From NCBI GenBank assembly GCA_937860055.1, contig CALMBO010000009.1, positions 54,414 through 86,413 on the forward strand: a stretch of 32,000 bases of DNA, in the 5' to 3' direction. A program made the position numbers and the translations under genes. Positions within the stretch are counted from its first letter, which is position 1; each line of letters begins with the position of its first letter. This document shows, one piece after another, positions 1-8,363 of this stretch. This stretch comes from an uncultured Verrucomicrobiota bacterium. GTDB taxonomy: Bacteria; Verrucomicrobiota; Kiritimatiellia; CAIQIC01; Lenti-01. The notes beneath the pieces are model-generated. The model ran no database searches. It was not told the DNA's origin and saw nothing but the letters and a program-made list of their open reading frames with translations.

Positions 1-143
1 CGCCGGACGGCCTGCCGGCGGGCCTGCACGTGGTCGGCCCGGCGTTCCGGGAGGAACTGGCGCTGCGGATCGGCGCGGCGTACCAGCATGCGACGGAGTG
101 GCACCGGAAAAAGCCGGCGGATCCGAAAGGGGGCCGGCCATGA
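1..143 (+). CDS. gatA: 3' end of Glu-tRNA(Gln)/Asp-tRNA(Asn) amidotransferase subunit A (partial, runs off the window)
   Basis: Frame 3 reads PDGLPAGLHVVGPAFREELALRIGAAYQHATEW..., which resembles the C-terminus of amidase-family GatA. Its TGA (141-143) overlaps the gatB ATG (140-142) as ATGA, the usual gatA-gatB arrangement. Confidence 0.6.
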   Translation, partial: PDGLPAGLHVVGPAFREELALRIGAAYQHATEWHRKKPADPKGGRP

Positions 144-1567
144 GCGACTACATTCCCTCCATCGGGCTGGAAGTGCACGTGCAGCTGAAAACGCGCACGA
201 AGATGTTCTGCGCGTGTCCGGCCCACGAGGAAGGCGAGCCGAACACGACTGTCTGCCCGGTGTGCATCGGACTGCCGGGGGCGCTGCCGGTGATGAACCG
301 CGAGGCCATCCGCAAGACCGTCAAGGTGGGCCTGATGATCGGATCGCGGATTTCGCTGCGGAGCATGTTCGACCGGAAGAACTATTTCTATCCGGACATG
401 CCCAAGAACTACCAGATCACCCAGCAGGCGGCGCCGCTGTGCATCGGCGGAGCCGTGGAGATCGAGGCCGGCGGGCAGAGGAAGACCATCCGCGTGAACC
501 ACATCCACCAGGAGGAGGATGCGGCCAAAATCACGCACATGGAAACCACCTCGGAGATCGATTTCAACCGCGCCAGCACGCCGCTGATGGAGCTGGTGAC
601 GGAGCCGGACATGTCGAGTCCGGACGAGGCCATTGCGTTCCTGACGGCGCTGAAGGAGATGCTGATCTACGCGGGCATCAGCGACTGCAACCTGGAGCTG
701 GGGCATATGCGCTGCGATGTGAACTCGTCGGTGCGGCCGTCGGGGACGGACAAGCTCGGCGTGAAGTGCGAAATCAAGAACATGAACACCTTCAAGGGGA
801 TCCACCGCGCGCTGGAATACGAGCTGGAGCGGCAGGCGGAGACTCTGCGCAAGGGCGGCACGCTGGTGCAGGAAACGCGGCGCTGGGACGACGAGGCCGG
901 GATCACCCTGCCGATGCGATCAAAGGAATATGCGCACGACTACCGCTATTTCCCGGAGCCGGACCTGCCGCCGGTGGTGCTGGACGCGGCGACGGTGGAG
1001 GCGTGGCGCGCGGAGCTGCCGGAGCTGCCGGCGGTCCGGCGCGCGCGGTTCGTGAAGGACTACGGCCTGCCGGAATACGATGCGGGCGTGCTGACGGCGG
1101 ACAAGGCGATATCCGAATACTTCGAGGCGGCGGCGAAGAAGTCGAAGAACTTCAAGGCCGTGTCGAACTGGGTGATGGGCGAACTGCTGCGGGCGCTGGG
1201 CGAGAAGGGGCAGGGCATCGCGGACGCGAAGATTTCCCCGGAAGCGCTGGCGGCGCTGGTCGCGCTGGTGGACGCCAGGACGATCAACATGCCGGCGGCG
1301 AAGGATGTGTTCCAGGTTCTGTTCGAGAACGGCGGGGATCCGGCGGCCATCGTGAAGGAAAAGGGCCTGGCGCAGGTCAGCGATGCGGGGGCCATCGACG
1401 GTTTCGCGGAGCAGGCGATCGCGGCGAACGAGAAGGTCGCGGCGGAATACCGTGGCGGCAAGGAGGCGGCGCTGATGTTCCTGGTGGGGCAGGTGATGAA
1501 GCTCTCGCGCGGAAAGGCCAATCCACAGCTGGCGGCGGACGCGCTCCGCCGGAAGCTGGGAAAATAG
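140..1567 (+). CDS. gatB: Asp-tRNA(Asn)/Glu-tRNA(Gln) amidotransferase subunit B
   Basis: MSDYIPSIGLEVHVQLKTRTKMFC...PVCIGLPGALPVMN...NYFYPDMPKNYQITQ and the C-terminal YqeY-like tail (FLVGQVMKLSRGKANPQ) are full-length GatB hallmarks. I chose the start at 140 (ATGA overlap with gatA) rather than the track start at 98. Confidence 0.95.
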   Translation: MSDYIPSIGLEVHVQLKTRTKMFCACPAHEEGEPNTTVCPVCIGLPGALPVMNREAIRKTVKVGLMIGSRISLRSMFDRKNYFYPDMPKNYQITQQAAPLCIGGAVEIEAGGQRKTIRVNHIHQEEDAAKITHMETTSEIDFNRASTPLMELVTEPDMSSPDEAIAFLTALKEMLIYAGISDCNLELGHMRCDVNSSVRPSGTDKLGVKCEIKNMNTFKGIHRALEYELERQAETLRKGGTLVQETRRWDDEAGITLPMRSKEYAHDYRYFPEPDLPPVVLDAATVEAWRAELPELPAVRRARFVKDYGLPEYDAGVLTADKAISEYFEAAAKKSKNFKAVSNWVMGELLRALGEKGQGIADAKISPEALAALVALVDARTINMPAAKDVFQVLFENGGDPAAIVKEKGLAQVSDAGAIDGFAEQAIAANEKVAAEYRGGKEAALMFLVGQVMKLSRGKANPQLAADALRRKLGK

Positions 1568-1608
1568 GAGAAGCGCCCCCGGGGGGCCGGCAAGTCCCCT
1601 TCCCCGCA

Positions 1609-1634
1609 GAAGCGAAGGCGGCGCCCTTCGCTTC
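1609..1634 (+). terminator. Hairpin downstream of gatB (10-bp perfect stem, 6-nt loop), possible terminator
   Basis: GAAGCGAAGG-cggcgc-CCTTCGCTTC read directly, 42 nt after the gatB stop. No U-tract follows, so its function is uncertain. Confidence 0.35.
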
Positions 1635-1699
1635 CGGCGGGGAGCCCGGTCATCCGGTTCGTCTTGAGTTTGCGCGCAAAACATGGGATATTTCCGCAA

Positions 1700-2221
1700 A
1701 TGAATCCTCCCCATGCCATTCCGGCGACCGAGTCCTTCAAAACGGTACGGGTCGCCTCGCGTGAAGAGGCGGAGGAAGTGTCGGCGTTCCTGCTGCAGCC
1801 GGGCTTGTTCGGCACGCCCCTGACCCCCGGCGAGCAGGAGGAATTCAAGACCCATCCGGCCACGGCCGTCGGCTGCGCGGATGACGCCTACTGGTTGGTG
1901 CGGGATGGCCAAGGCGCGGTCTGCGCCGTGATCGGGGTCCGCATGAACGTGGAGAAAACCGGCATCTTCGAGGTCAGCGCGTTGGCGATCCATTCCTCCC
2001 GCCGCCGCCGGGGACTGGGCCGCCGCCTGCTCGAACTGGCATTGCGTTTCGTGGCCGAGGCCCATGGCCGCGGGCTGCTCTTCGAGACCTCCTCGGATCC
2101 CTCCTACGCGCCCATGCACAGCCTGCTGCATGCACTCGGGTTCAGGCAGGTCGGCCGGTTCCCCGATTTCTACTATCCGGGCGAAGACACACTCTGGTAT
2201 TATCGGGCGATAGAACGTTGA
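1700..2221 (+). CDS. GNAT-family N-acetyltransferase
   Basis: The acetyl-CoA binding motif region ALAIHSSRRRRGLGRRLLELALRFVAEAHG plus the ...LGFRQVG tail is typical of the GNAT fold. The first in-frame ATG is at 1700; the track starts at a TTG at 1664. Confidence 0.8.
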   Translation: MNPPHAIPATESFKTVRVASREEAEEVSAFLLQPGLFGTPLTPGEQEEFKTHPATAVGCADDAYWLVRDGQGAVCAVIGVRMNVEKTGIFEVSALAIHSSRRRRGLGRRLLELALRFVAEAHGRGLLFETSSDPSYAPMHSLLHALGFRQVGRFPDFYYPGEDTLWYYRAIER

Positions 2222-2238
2222 CTCAACCGGGATATCCG

Positions 2239-5205
2239 ATGGATCGACCACGTTTCACGCTTCCCGTCCTTTTTGCCTTGGTCCTCCTGCTGGGGGGGGG
2301 ATTGTTCGTCCTGCGCGATCGCATTCCCGAAGCCTTTTCGCTGTCCAATTCGGTTCCGTTCGAGAAATTGTCCAAGGCGGCCCGTTGCGCCGACGGGTCC
2401 TTCGCCGTCGTGTTCGATTCCAACAAGCGCATCGCACGGGTGGGGGCCGATGGTTCCCTGATCTATCTCATTCCGGCCCGCAATGCCCCGGAAAAGGGGT
2501 TTTTCTTTGCCAACGAGATCGCGTTCGACCCCGGCGGCCACCTGTATGTGGCGAGCACGTATCTCGACACCGGCACGCTGGCGGTCAACCGCGAGGCGAT
2601 CGTGCGCTTTTCCCCGGAGGGCCGCTGGGAAGGCGTCCTCTACTCGCTCGAACACGACCCCGACCAGTATGTCGACAACATCGGACTGATCCGTTCCCTC
2701 CAGTGGACTCCCGACGGCCTGCGCTTCTGCCTTGCGCGCGAAGAAGGGATCCACAGCCTGCGGGTCGATCCCGCCGACGGGACGAAGGTCGACGAAACCA
2801 TCACGCCGTTCCCTGAGGGGGCGGCCAGCGTGATCTACGCCACGATTTCCGCAGACGGCCGCGAACTGGCGTATTCCACCGGCGCCACGGAGATCTACAC
2901 GGCGGTTCCCGGCCAGACCCCCTCCAAGCGCTATGACGGGCGCGCGCTACCCGACGAGGTGTACTCGATTCCTTCGGATCTCCATTACCAGGACGGCGAA
3001 CTGTATTTTTCCGATCTGGGCCGCGACGCCATCATGCGGCTGGCGGGGGAAAACGCCGCCGAGCCCCTGTTCGACCGGGCCATCGCCCTTGCGCATGGCT
3101 ACGAAGATGCCTTTTTCGAATGCAAGGGGTTCCAGCTGGAACCCGACCACCTGACCCTGCCCAACAACGGCAAGGTGGTCTATTTCCCGACCGGAGGATC
3201 CGCCGCCATCCGCACCTTCGACCGTGCCCGGGGCACGGCCGCGCTCTGGGGCCGTCGCGCCGCCCTCTGGTCGCAAATGGGATTGTTCGCGCTCCTGTCG
3301 GTCGCGCTGGTTTCGCTGGCGATCCGCCATGCCTCGCCCGACCGGCGGCGTCTGGCGAAGCAGGTCGCGCTGGTGGCCATGATGCTGGGCACGGCGGTGG
3401 GCATCACGACCTACATGATCTTCAACAACATGAACCGGCGGCTGGCGGAGGAGGCCCGGAACAACCTGCGGGGATATCTGGCGGTCGGACAGCTGGTGGT
3501 GGATGCCGAGGCCGTGGACCGGATCCAGCATGTGAAGCACTACATGAACGAGGATTACCAGGCCGTGCTGCGGCAGCTGCGGCAGACGATCACCCGGGAG
3601 GGCGAAATCGCCTCGGGCACCTATTCGGGCGTCTACAAGATCTTCGGCGACAAGCTTTCGGCGCTGGCATACCACGACGGCCTGCGGGGCATCTTCTATC
3701 CGTACGATTACCAGTACGGCCAATCCATCTACGCGCAGGTGGCCCAGACCGGCCAGCCGTACGTTGGCGAAGTCGTGGACATCTATGGAGTCTGGCTCAA
3801 CGGCGTGATTCCGCTGGTGAGCACGAACGGCGCCACCGTCGGCCTGCTCGAAGTGGGCGTGGATCAATCCGCCCAGCGCGAAGCCAACCGCGAGCTGTTC
3901 AAGAGCACGCTGATCGATCTGGCCATGGTCCTGTTCGTGCTGCTGTTCATCTTCTTCGAAATCGGGTTCTTCAGTTCCCATGTGCTGGACCAGGCCGGAC
4001 CGGATGACGAGAGGGCCGGGCAGCGCTACGACGAAGGGGCGTTGCGGTTCGTTTCATTCCTGGCCATCACCGGTGTTTTCCTTTCCGCCTCCTTCCTGCC
4101 GTTGTACATCAAATCGCTGGCCCCGGCTGTCGGCCGCGTCCCCGACCTGATCATCGGCCTGCCGATGGTGGTTGAAACGCTCTGCGGGGCGCTGATCGCG
4201 CTGCTCTATGGCCATGTCCGGATCCGCATGGGCATCAAGACGGATGTCGTGCTGGCCTGCCTGGTGATCATGGCGGGGATGGTGGCCACGGGGCTGGCCA
4301 CGACGTTCGACCGCCTGGTCGTCGGCCGGGTGCTGGTGGGCATGGGCATGGGCCTCCTGATGATCGCGTTCCGGACCTATTTCCTGATCGAGAAAAACGA
4401 AACCCGGAAGGAATCGGGCATCATCGCGCTGACCGCCGGAGTGGTGGCGGGCATCAATACCGGATCGGTTTCCGGCGGCATGCTGGCCGACCGGGTCGGC
4501 ATGAAGCCGGTGTTCCTGATCCAGGCGGCGCTGCTGGTGCTGGCGGCGGCGGCCGCACTGGTGCTGGTCCGCAACCGCCGGCGCGGGAAGCCGGCCGTCG
4601 CGGCCGCCGTCGCCCTTTCGCCGTGGACATTCCTGCGCGACCGCGCGGTCTGGAGCTTTTTCGTCTTTGTCTTCCTGCCGGTCACAGCCTGCGGCCTTTT
4701 CCTGGGATTCCTCTTCCCGCTGTTTGCCGAAGCGCAGGGCCACACGATCAACGAGATCAGCCTGGCCTTCATGCTGTTCGGCGCCGCCAGCGTCTATCTG
4801 GGGCCGTCCCTGACGCGCCTGACCACGGTCCTGTTCGGGGCGCGGCGCGCCATGCCCGTCGGGGCGCTGGTCATGACCGGCGCGCTGCTGCTGTTCGCCT
4901 ATTTCCAGACCCTCGCGGCCGCCTACGCCACCATCATCCTCTTTGGCCTGACGGAAAGCCTGCTCTTCAACCAGGGGATGTCCTACTATTCCTCGCTGCC
5001 GGGAGTCCGCCGCTTCGGGGAAGACAAGGCGATGGGGGTCTACAATGTCTTCGAATCCGGCGGGGAGGCGCTGGGGCCGATGGCCTTCGGGCTGGCCGCG
5101 AGCATGAGCCTGGGCGCCGGCATCGCCGCCATCGCCGCCGTGCTCGGCGCCTGCGCCGTGATCTTCTGGGCGATGGGCCCGCGGCCGGGAGGGGGGCGTC
5201 CATGA
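2239..5205 (+). CDS. Multidomain membrane protein: N-terminal TM, periplasmic beta-propeller-like repeats, 2 TM, Cache/PDC-like domain, TM, then a 12-TM MFS transporter domain
   Basis: Repeated blade-like segments occur between hydrophobic helices (ADGSFAVVFD, FDPGGHLYVAS, WTPDGLRF, ISADGRELAYS, YQDGELYFSD). A second extracytoplasmic block ends in VVDIYGVWLNGVIPLVSTNGATVGLLEVGVD, a Cache-type terminal strand pattern. The C-terminal ~430 aa contain 12 hydrophobic helices with MFS-like loops. The TM parity (1+2+1 before the MFS) places both sensor domains outside and the MFS N-terminus inside. Confidence 0.75.
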   Translation: MDRPRFTLPVLFALVLLLGGGLFVLRDRIPEAFSLSNSVPFEKLSKAARCADGSFAVVFDSNKRIARVGADGSLIYLIPARNAPEKGFFFANEIAFDPGGHLYVASTYLDTGTLAVNREAIVRFSPEGRWEGVLYSLEHDPDQYVDNIGLIRSLQWTPDGLRFCLAREEGIHSLRVDPADGTKVDETITPFPEGAASVIYATISADGRELAYSTGATEIYTAVPGQTPSKRYDGRALPDEVYSIPSDLHYQDGELYFSDLGRDAIMRLAGENAAEPLFDRAIALAHGYEDAFFECKGFQLEPDHLTLPNNGKVVYFPTGGSAAIRTFDRARGTAALWGRRAALWSQMGLFALLSVALVSLAIRHASPDRRRLAKQVALVAMMLGTAVGITTYMIFNNMNRRLAEEARNNLRGYLAVGQLVVDAEAVDRIQHVKHYMNEDYQAVLRQLRQTITREGEIASGTYSGVYKIFGDKLSALAYHDGLRGIFYPYDYQYGQSIYAQVAQTGQPYVGEVVDIYGVWLNGVIPLVSTNGATVGLLEVGVDQSAQREANRELFKSTLIDLAMVLFVLLFIFFEIGFFSSHVLDQAGPDDERAGQRYDEGALRFVSFLAITGVFLSASFLPLYIKSLAPAVGRVPDLIIGLPMVVETLCGALIALLYGHVRIRMGIKTDVVLACLVIMAGMVATGLATTFDRLVVGRVLVGMGMGLLMIAFRTYFLIEKNETRKESGIIALTAGVVAGINTGSVSGGMLADRVGMKPVFLIQAALLVLAAAAALVLVRNRRRGKPAVAAAVALSPWTFLRDRAVWSFFVFVFLPVTACGLFLGFLFPLFAEAQGHTINEISLAFMLFGAASVYLGPSLTRLTTVLFGARRAMPVGALVMTGALLLFAYFQTLAAAYATIILFGLTESLLFNQGMSYYSSLPGVRRFGEDKAMGVYNVFESGGEALGPMAFGLAASMSLGAGIAAIAAVLGACAVIFWAMGPRPGGGRP

Positions 5206-6812
5206 GAGGGGTTGGCTGGTACCGCAGGCAGACGGTCCGGTGGAAGATCTTCATTCCGTTCTTCGCCATCACCCTTCTGTCGTCCACGCTGTTCACCGTC
5301 TACGGCTTCATCCAGAACAACCGGGCCATCGTCAACGAGATCGACAAGCGCCTGCTCATTGCCGCGTTGACGATGCCGCAGCTGCTGCCGGCGGATTATT
5401 TCGACCGGGTGCAGGCGCCGGACAGCATCCCGGAGGAGGAGCACTGGGCCCACACGCGGAGGCTGGAGCTCTTTCTCCGCAACGTCGGCGGCACGTACCT
5501 CTACGCGCTGCACAACGTGAGCAACCGGTACTACTTCGTTGCGTCCGCCGCCCTGGACACGCCGTATTGGACGGAATACGAGAAGCCGGCGCCGAACATC
5601 TACGAGGTCCAGAAGACGTGGCAGCCGCACATTTCGACCACGCCCGATCCGGACTACGGGCTGCTCCGTTCCGTCGTGATCGGGTACAAGGATTCGGCGG
5701 GCCGCCGCTTCATCATCGGGGCCGACATCCATGCCTACGAGGTGGCCGCGCTCAAGCGACGCGCGTTCCTGAACTTCTTCATGATGGGCGCGGCCAGTTT
5801 CTTCCTGGCGGTCCTGTTCAGCTATGTCGCCAGCACGGCCATCACGCAGCCGCTGTCCCGCCTCTCGAACTTCACCCGCCGCCTGGTGGAAGGCGGTTTT
5901 TCCGCCGCCATCCGGGTGGATCCCACCCTGTTTCCGGACGGGAACCAGACCGGTTCCGAAACCGCGATCCTGGCCTACGACTTCGACCAGATGCAGACGA
6001 ACCTCGCCGCGCATATCGAGCAGCTGAAGCTCACGCAATCCGCGCGGGAACGCGCGGAGAGCGAGCTGCGGATCGCCGGCCAGATCCAGGCGACCTTCCT
6101 TCCGGGCGCGTTCGACCCGTCCCTCTTCGGCGGGCGTGTGCAGATGCAGGCCGCCATGAAGACGGCCAAGCAGGCGGGCGGCGACTTGTACGACTACTTC
6201 GCGCTCGACGAGTCGCACCTGTTTTTCGCCATCGGGGATGTTTCGGGAAAGGGCATGCCGTCCGCCATGTTCATGTCGGCCGTGGTGGTGCTGCTCCGTT
6301 CCGCCGCCAAGCAGCTGCGCGATCCCGCGGAGATCCTGCGGCGGGTGAACGACGATCTGGCGATCCGCAACGAGAGCTGCACCTTCGTGACCCTCTTCAT
6401 CGGGATCCTCGACACCCTCACCGGCGAGGTGGTGCTGGCCAACGGCGGTCACAACCCGCCCCGCCGCCTGGGCGCCGACGGCGCGGTTTCCGGCGTGCCC
6501 GTGAAGACCAACATCGTCGTGGGGGCCGTGGACGGGGCGACATTCGCCCGCGAGACGCTGCTTTTGCGGCCTGGCGAGACGCTGTTCCTCTACACGGACG
6601 GCGTGACCGAGGCGATCGACGAAGGCGGAAAGCTCTATGGGGAGGAGCGCATGGATCGCCGGCTCTCCGCGTTGCCGGCGAAGGGGGGCGTTCCGGAGGT
6701 CATTCAGGGGGTTTCCGACGATGTCGCCGCCTTCAGCGGTTCGCGGGACCAGTCCGATGACATTACCCTGCTGGCGTTGCGGTACGAGCCCCGCGGGGCG
6801 AAAACTTCTTGA
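5202..6812 (+). CDS. Transmembrane PP2C/SpoIIE-family serine phosphatase (RsbU-like) with periplasmic Cache-like domain and HAMP linker
   Basis: TM (IFIPFFAITLLSSTLFTVYGF), a ~170-aa periplasmic domain, a second TM, then a HAMP-like segment (ITQPLSRLSNFTRRLVEGGF). The SpoIIE/PP2C core follows (GGDLYDYF...FFAIGDVSGKGMPSAMFMS...LYTDGVTEA...QSDDITLLAL). The ATG at 5202 overlaps the upstream TGA (ATGA). Confidence 0.85.
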   Translation: MRGVGWYRRQTVRWKIFIPFFAITLLSSTLFTVYGFIQNNRAIVNEIDKRLLIAALTMPQLLPADYFDRVQAPDSIPEEEHWAHTRRLELFLRNVGGTYLYALHNVSNRYYFVASAALDTPYWTEYEKPAPNIYEVQKTWQPHISTTPDPDYGLLRSVVIGYKDSAGRRFIIGADIHAYEVAALKRRAFLNFFMMGAASFFLAVLFSYVASTAITQPLSRLSNFTRRLVEGGFSAAIRVDPTLFPDGNQTGSETAILAYDFDQMQTNLAAHIEQLKLTQSARERAESELRIAGQIQATFLPGAFDPSLFGGRVQMQAAMKTAKQAGGDLYDYFALDESHLFFAIGDVSGKGMPSAMFMSAVVVLLRSAAKQLRDPAEILRRVNDDLAIRNESCTFVTLFIGILDTLTGEVVLANGGHNPPRRLGADGAVSGVPVKTNIVVGAVDGATFARETLLLRPGETLFLYTDGVTEAIDEGGKLYGEERMDRRLSALPAKGGVPEVIQGVSDDVAAFSGSRDQSDDITLLALRYEPRGAKTS

Positions 6813-6883
6813 TTGGGCGGGCAAGGATGCGACAGGATGATTTTATATGACGAGGTCAAGGATCGTCGGGAAGGTGGTGCGGC

Positions 6884-7219
6884 ATGGTGATCTCCATTGA
6901 GAAGCAGGGTGAAACGGCGATCGTGGCGGCGGGCGGGCGGCTGGATGCCGTGGGGGCGCCGGAGCTTGAAGCGCGCGGAAAGGCGTCGATCCAGGAAGGA
7001 TCGAAGCGGCTGCTGCTGGATCTGGCCAAGGTGGAATACATCAGCAGCGCCGGCTTGAGGAGCCTCCTGGTCCTGGCCAAGACGGTGAAGGCGGCCGGGG
7101 GGGGGATGGCCCTGTGCAGCCTCACCCCGGCTGTCCGCGAAGTGATGACCATGTCCGGCTTCGACAACATCTTGTCGCTGGCGGCGGACCGTTCCGCCGC
7201 GATGGGGCTTTTGAAATAG
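6884..7219 (+). CDS. STAS-domain anti-sigma-factor antagonist (RsbV/SpoIIAA-like)
   Basis: LLLDLAKVEYISSAGLRSLLVL contains the phosphorylatable Ser motif (Ser54). ...MALCSLTPAVREVMTMSGFDNIL parallels the SpoIIAA C-terminal region. Confidence 0.9.
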   Translation: MVISIEKQGETAIVAAGGRLDAVGAPELEARGKASIQEGSKRLLLDLAKVEYISSAGLRSLLVLAKTVKAAGGGMALCSLTPAVREVMTMSGFDNILSLAADRSAAMGLLK

Positions 7220-7238
7220 GCCCCGGGTTTCCGCGCCC

Positions 7239-7646
7239 ATGATGGAATTCTCCATGGTCAATACCGTTGCCGACCAGCAGCGGGTGATGGACGAGGTGGA
7301 AGCCCTCCTGTCGGCCCGTTCGGTTTCCGCCCGGCGGAAATCCGCGGTCCGCCTCGCCCTGGACGAGCTGTTGTCCAACGTCATCCAGTACGCCTATGAC
7401 GACGGCGGCGTCCACCGGATCGGGGTGAAGATCGATCCGGGAATCCCGTTCGTCCTGGCCATCGAAGACGACGGGCGGCCGTTCGATCCCTTGTCGGATG
7501 CGCCGGCGCCGGTCCTCGAAGGCCCGGTGGAGGATCGGCCCGTCGGCGGGCTGGGGCTGCACCTTCTCCGCTCGATGGGCATGGAGATGGACTACCGGCG
7601 CGAGAAGGGCCGCAACATCCTGCGCGTGGTTTTTCCCGGGGAATAG
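7239..7646 (+). CDS. Anti-sigma regulatory factor-type Ser kinase (RsbW/SpoIIAB-like, HATPase_c)
   Basis: N-box ALDELLSNVIQYAY, G1 EDDGRPFDP and G2 GGLGLHLL are present. It is 135 aa and lies 19 nt after the STAS gene. Confidence 0.85.
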   Translation: MMEFSMVNTVADQQRVMDEVEALLSARSVSARRKSAVRLALDELLSNVIQYAYDDGGVHRIGVKIDPGIPFVLAIEDDGRPFDPLSDAPAPVLEGPVEDRPVGGLGLHLLRSMGMEMDYRREKGRNILRVVFPGE

Positions 7647-7664
7647 GGGGCGGCCTTGTCTTCC

Positions 7665-8357
7665 ATGCTGTACATGAGCAGTCCGATCAACGCCCTGCTG
7701 GAGGGGTTCTATCGCGACGACATCACGATCGACACCCTGAGGGAGAAAGGCGACTTCGGCATCGGCACGTTCAACAACCTCGACGGCGAGATGATCGCCC
7801 TTGGCGGCCGGTTCTTCCAGCTCGACCTCGATGGCAACGCCCGTCCGGCGGAAGGCGGCATGAAGACGCCCTTTTCCACCGTCTGCCATTTCCAGCCGGT
7901 GTTGTCGGAGGAAATCGCCATGCCGCTGTCGCACGAGGCCTTCACGGAGCGGCTGAAGGGCATCCTGCCGTCGGACAACATGTTCTATGCCCTCCACATG
8001 GAGGGGCGGTTCCGGGCGGTCAAGACGCGATCCGTGCCGCGGACGGAGAACTACCGGCCGCTTTCCGAGGCGACGGAACGCCAGAAGATCCGCCAGTTCC
8101 AGGATGTCGAGGGGCATCTGGTGGGATTCTACACGCCGTCGTTCGTTCCCTCGGTCAACGTGCCGGGATACCACTTTCATTTCATCGACAAGACCTTTTC
8201 GGCGGGCGGCCATCTGCTGAGTTGCGAGCCGGGGCATCTGGACATCCGGTTGCAGATCTTCTTCAGCATGGAGCTGACGCTTCCCAAGACGCTCGACTAC
8301 CTGACGGCTTCCTTCACGCGCGACGCGAAGAAGGACCTGGAAAAAGCCGAGAAATGA
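7665..8357 (+). CDS. budA: Alpha-acetolactate decarboxylase
   Basis: LYMSSPINALLEGFYRDDITI...GDFGIGTFNNLDGEMIALGGRFFQL...PFSTVCHF...GFYTP...VPGYHFHFI matches the AlsD/BudA family along its length. An alternative TTG start lies at 7656. Confidence 0.85.
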   Translation: MLYMSSPINALLEGFYRDDITIDTLREKGDFGIGTFNNLDGEMIALGGRFFQLDLDGNARPAEGGMKTPFSTVCHFQPVLSEEIAMPLSHEAFTERLKGILPSDNMFYALHMEGRFRAVKTRSVPRTENYRPLSEATERQKIRQFQDVEGHLVGFYTPSFVPSVNVPGYHFHFIDKTFSAGGHLLSCEPGHLDIRLQIFFSMELTLPKTLDYLTASFTRDAKKDLEKAEK

Positions 8358-8363
8358 TCCGGC

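Noticed and set aside
2292-2300. G9 homopolymer tracts at 2292-2300 (in the MFS-fusion N-terminal TM, codons GGG GGG GGA), at 7097-7105 (in the STAS gene, Gly-Gly-Gly) and at 13954-13962 (just 3' of the Na/Pi gene). These could be slipped-strand phase-variation sites.
   Set aside because: With G and C each near one third of bases, a simple independent-base estimate predicts about two runs of 9 or more G or C in 32 kb, so three is not clearly enriched. Nothing else supports phase variation. It could still be checked cheaply by looking for length heterogeneity in raw reads.
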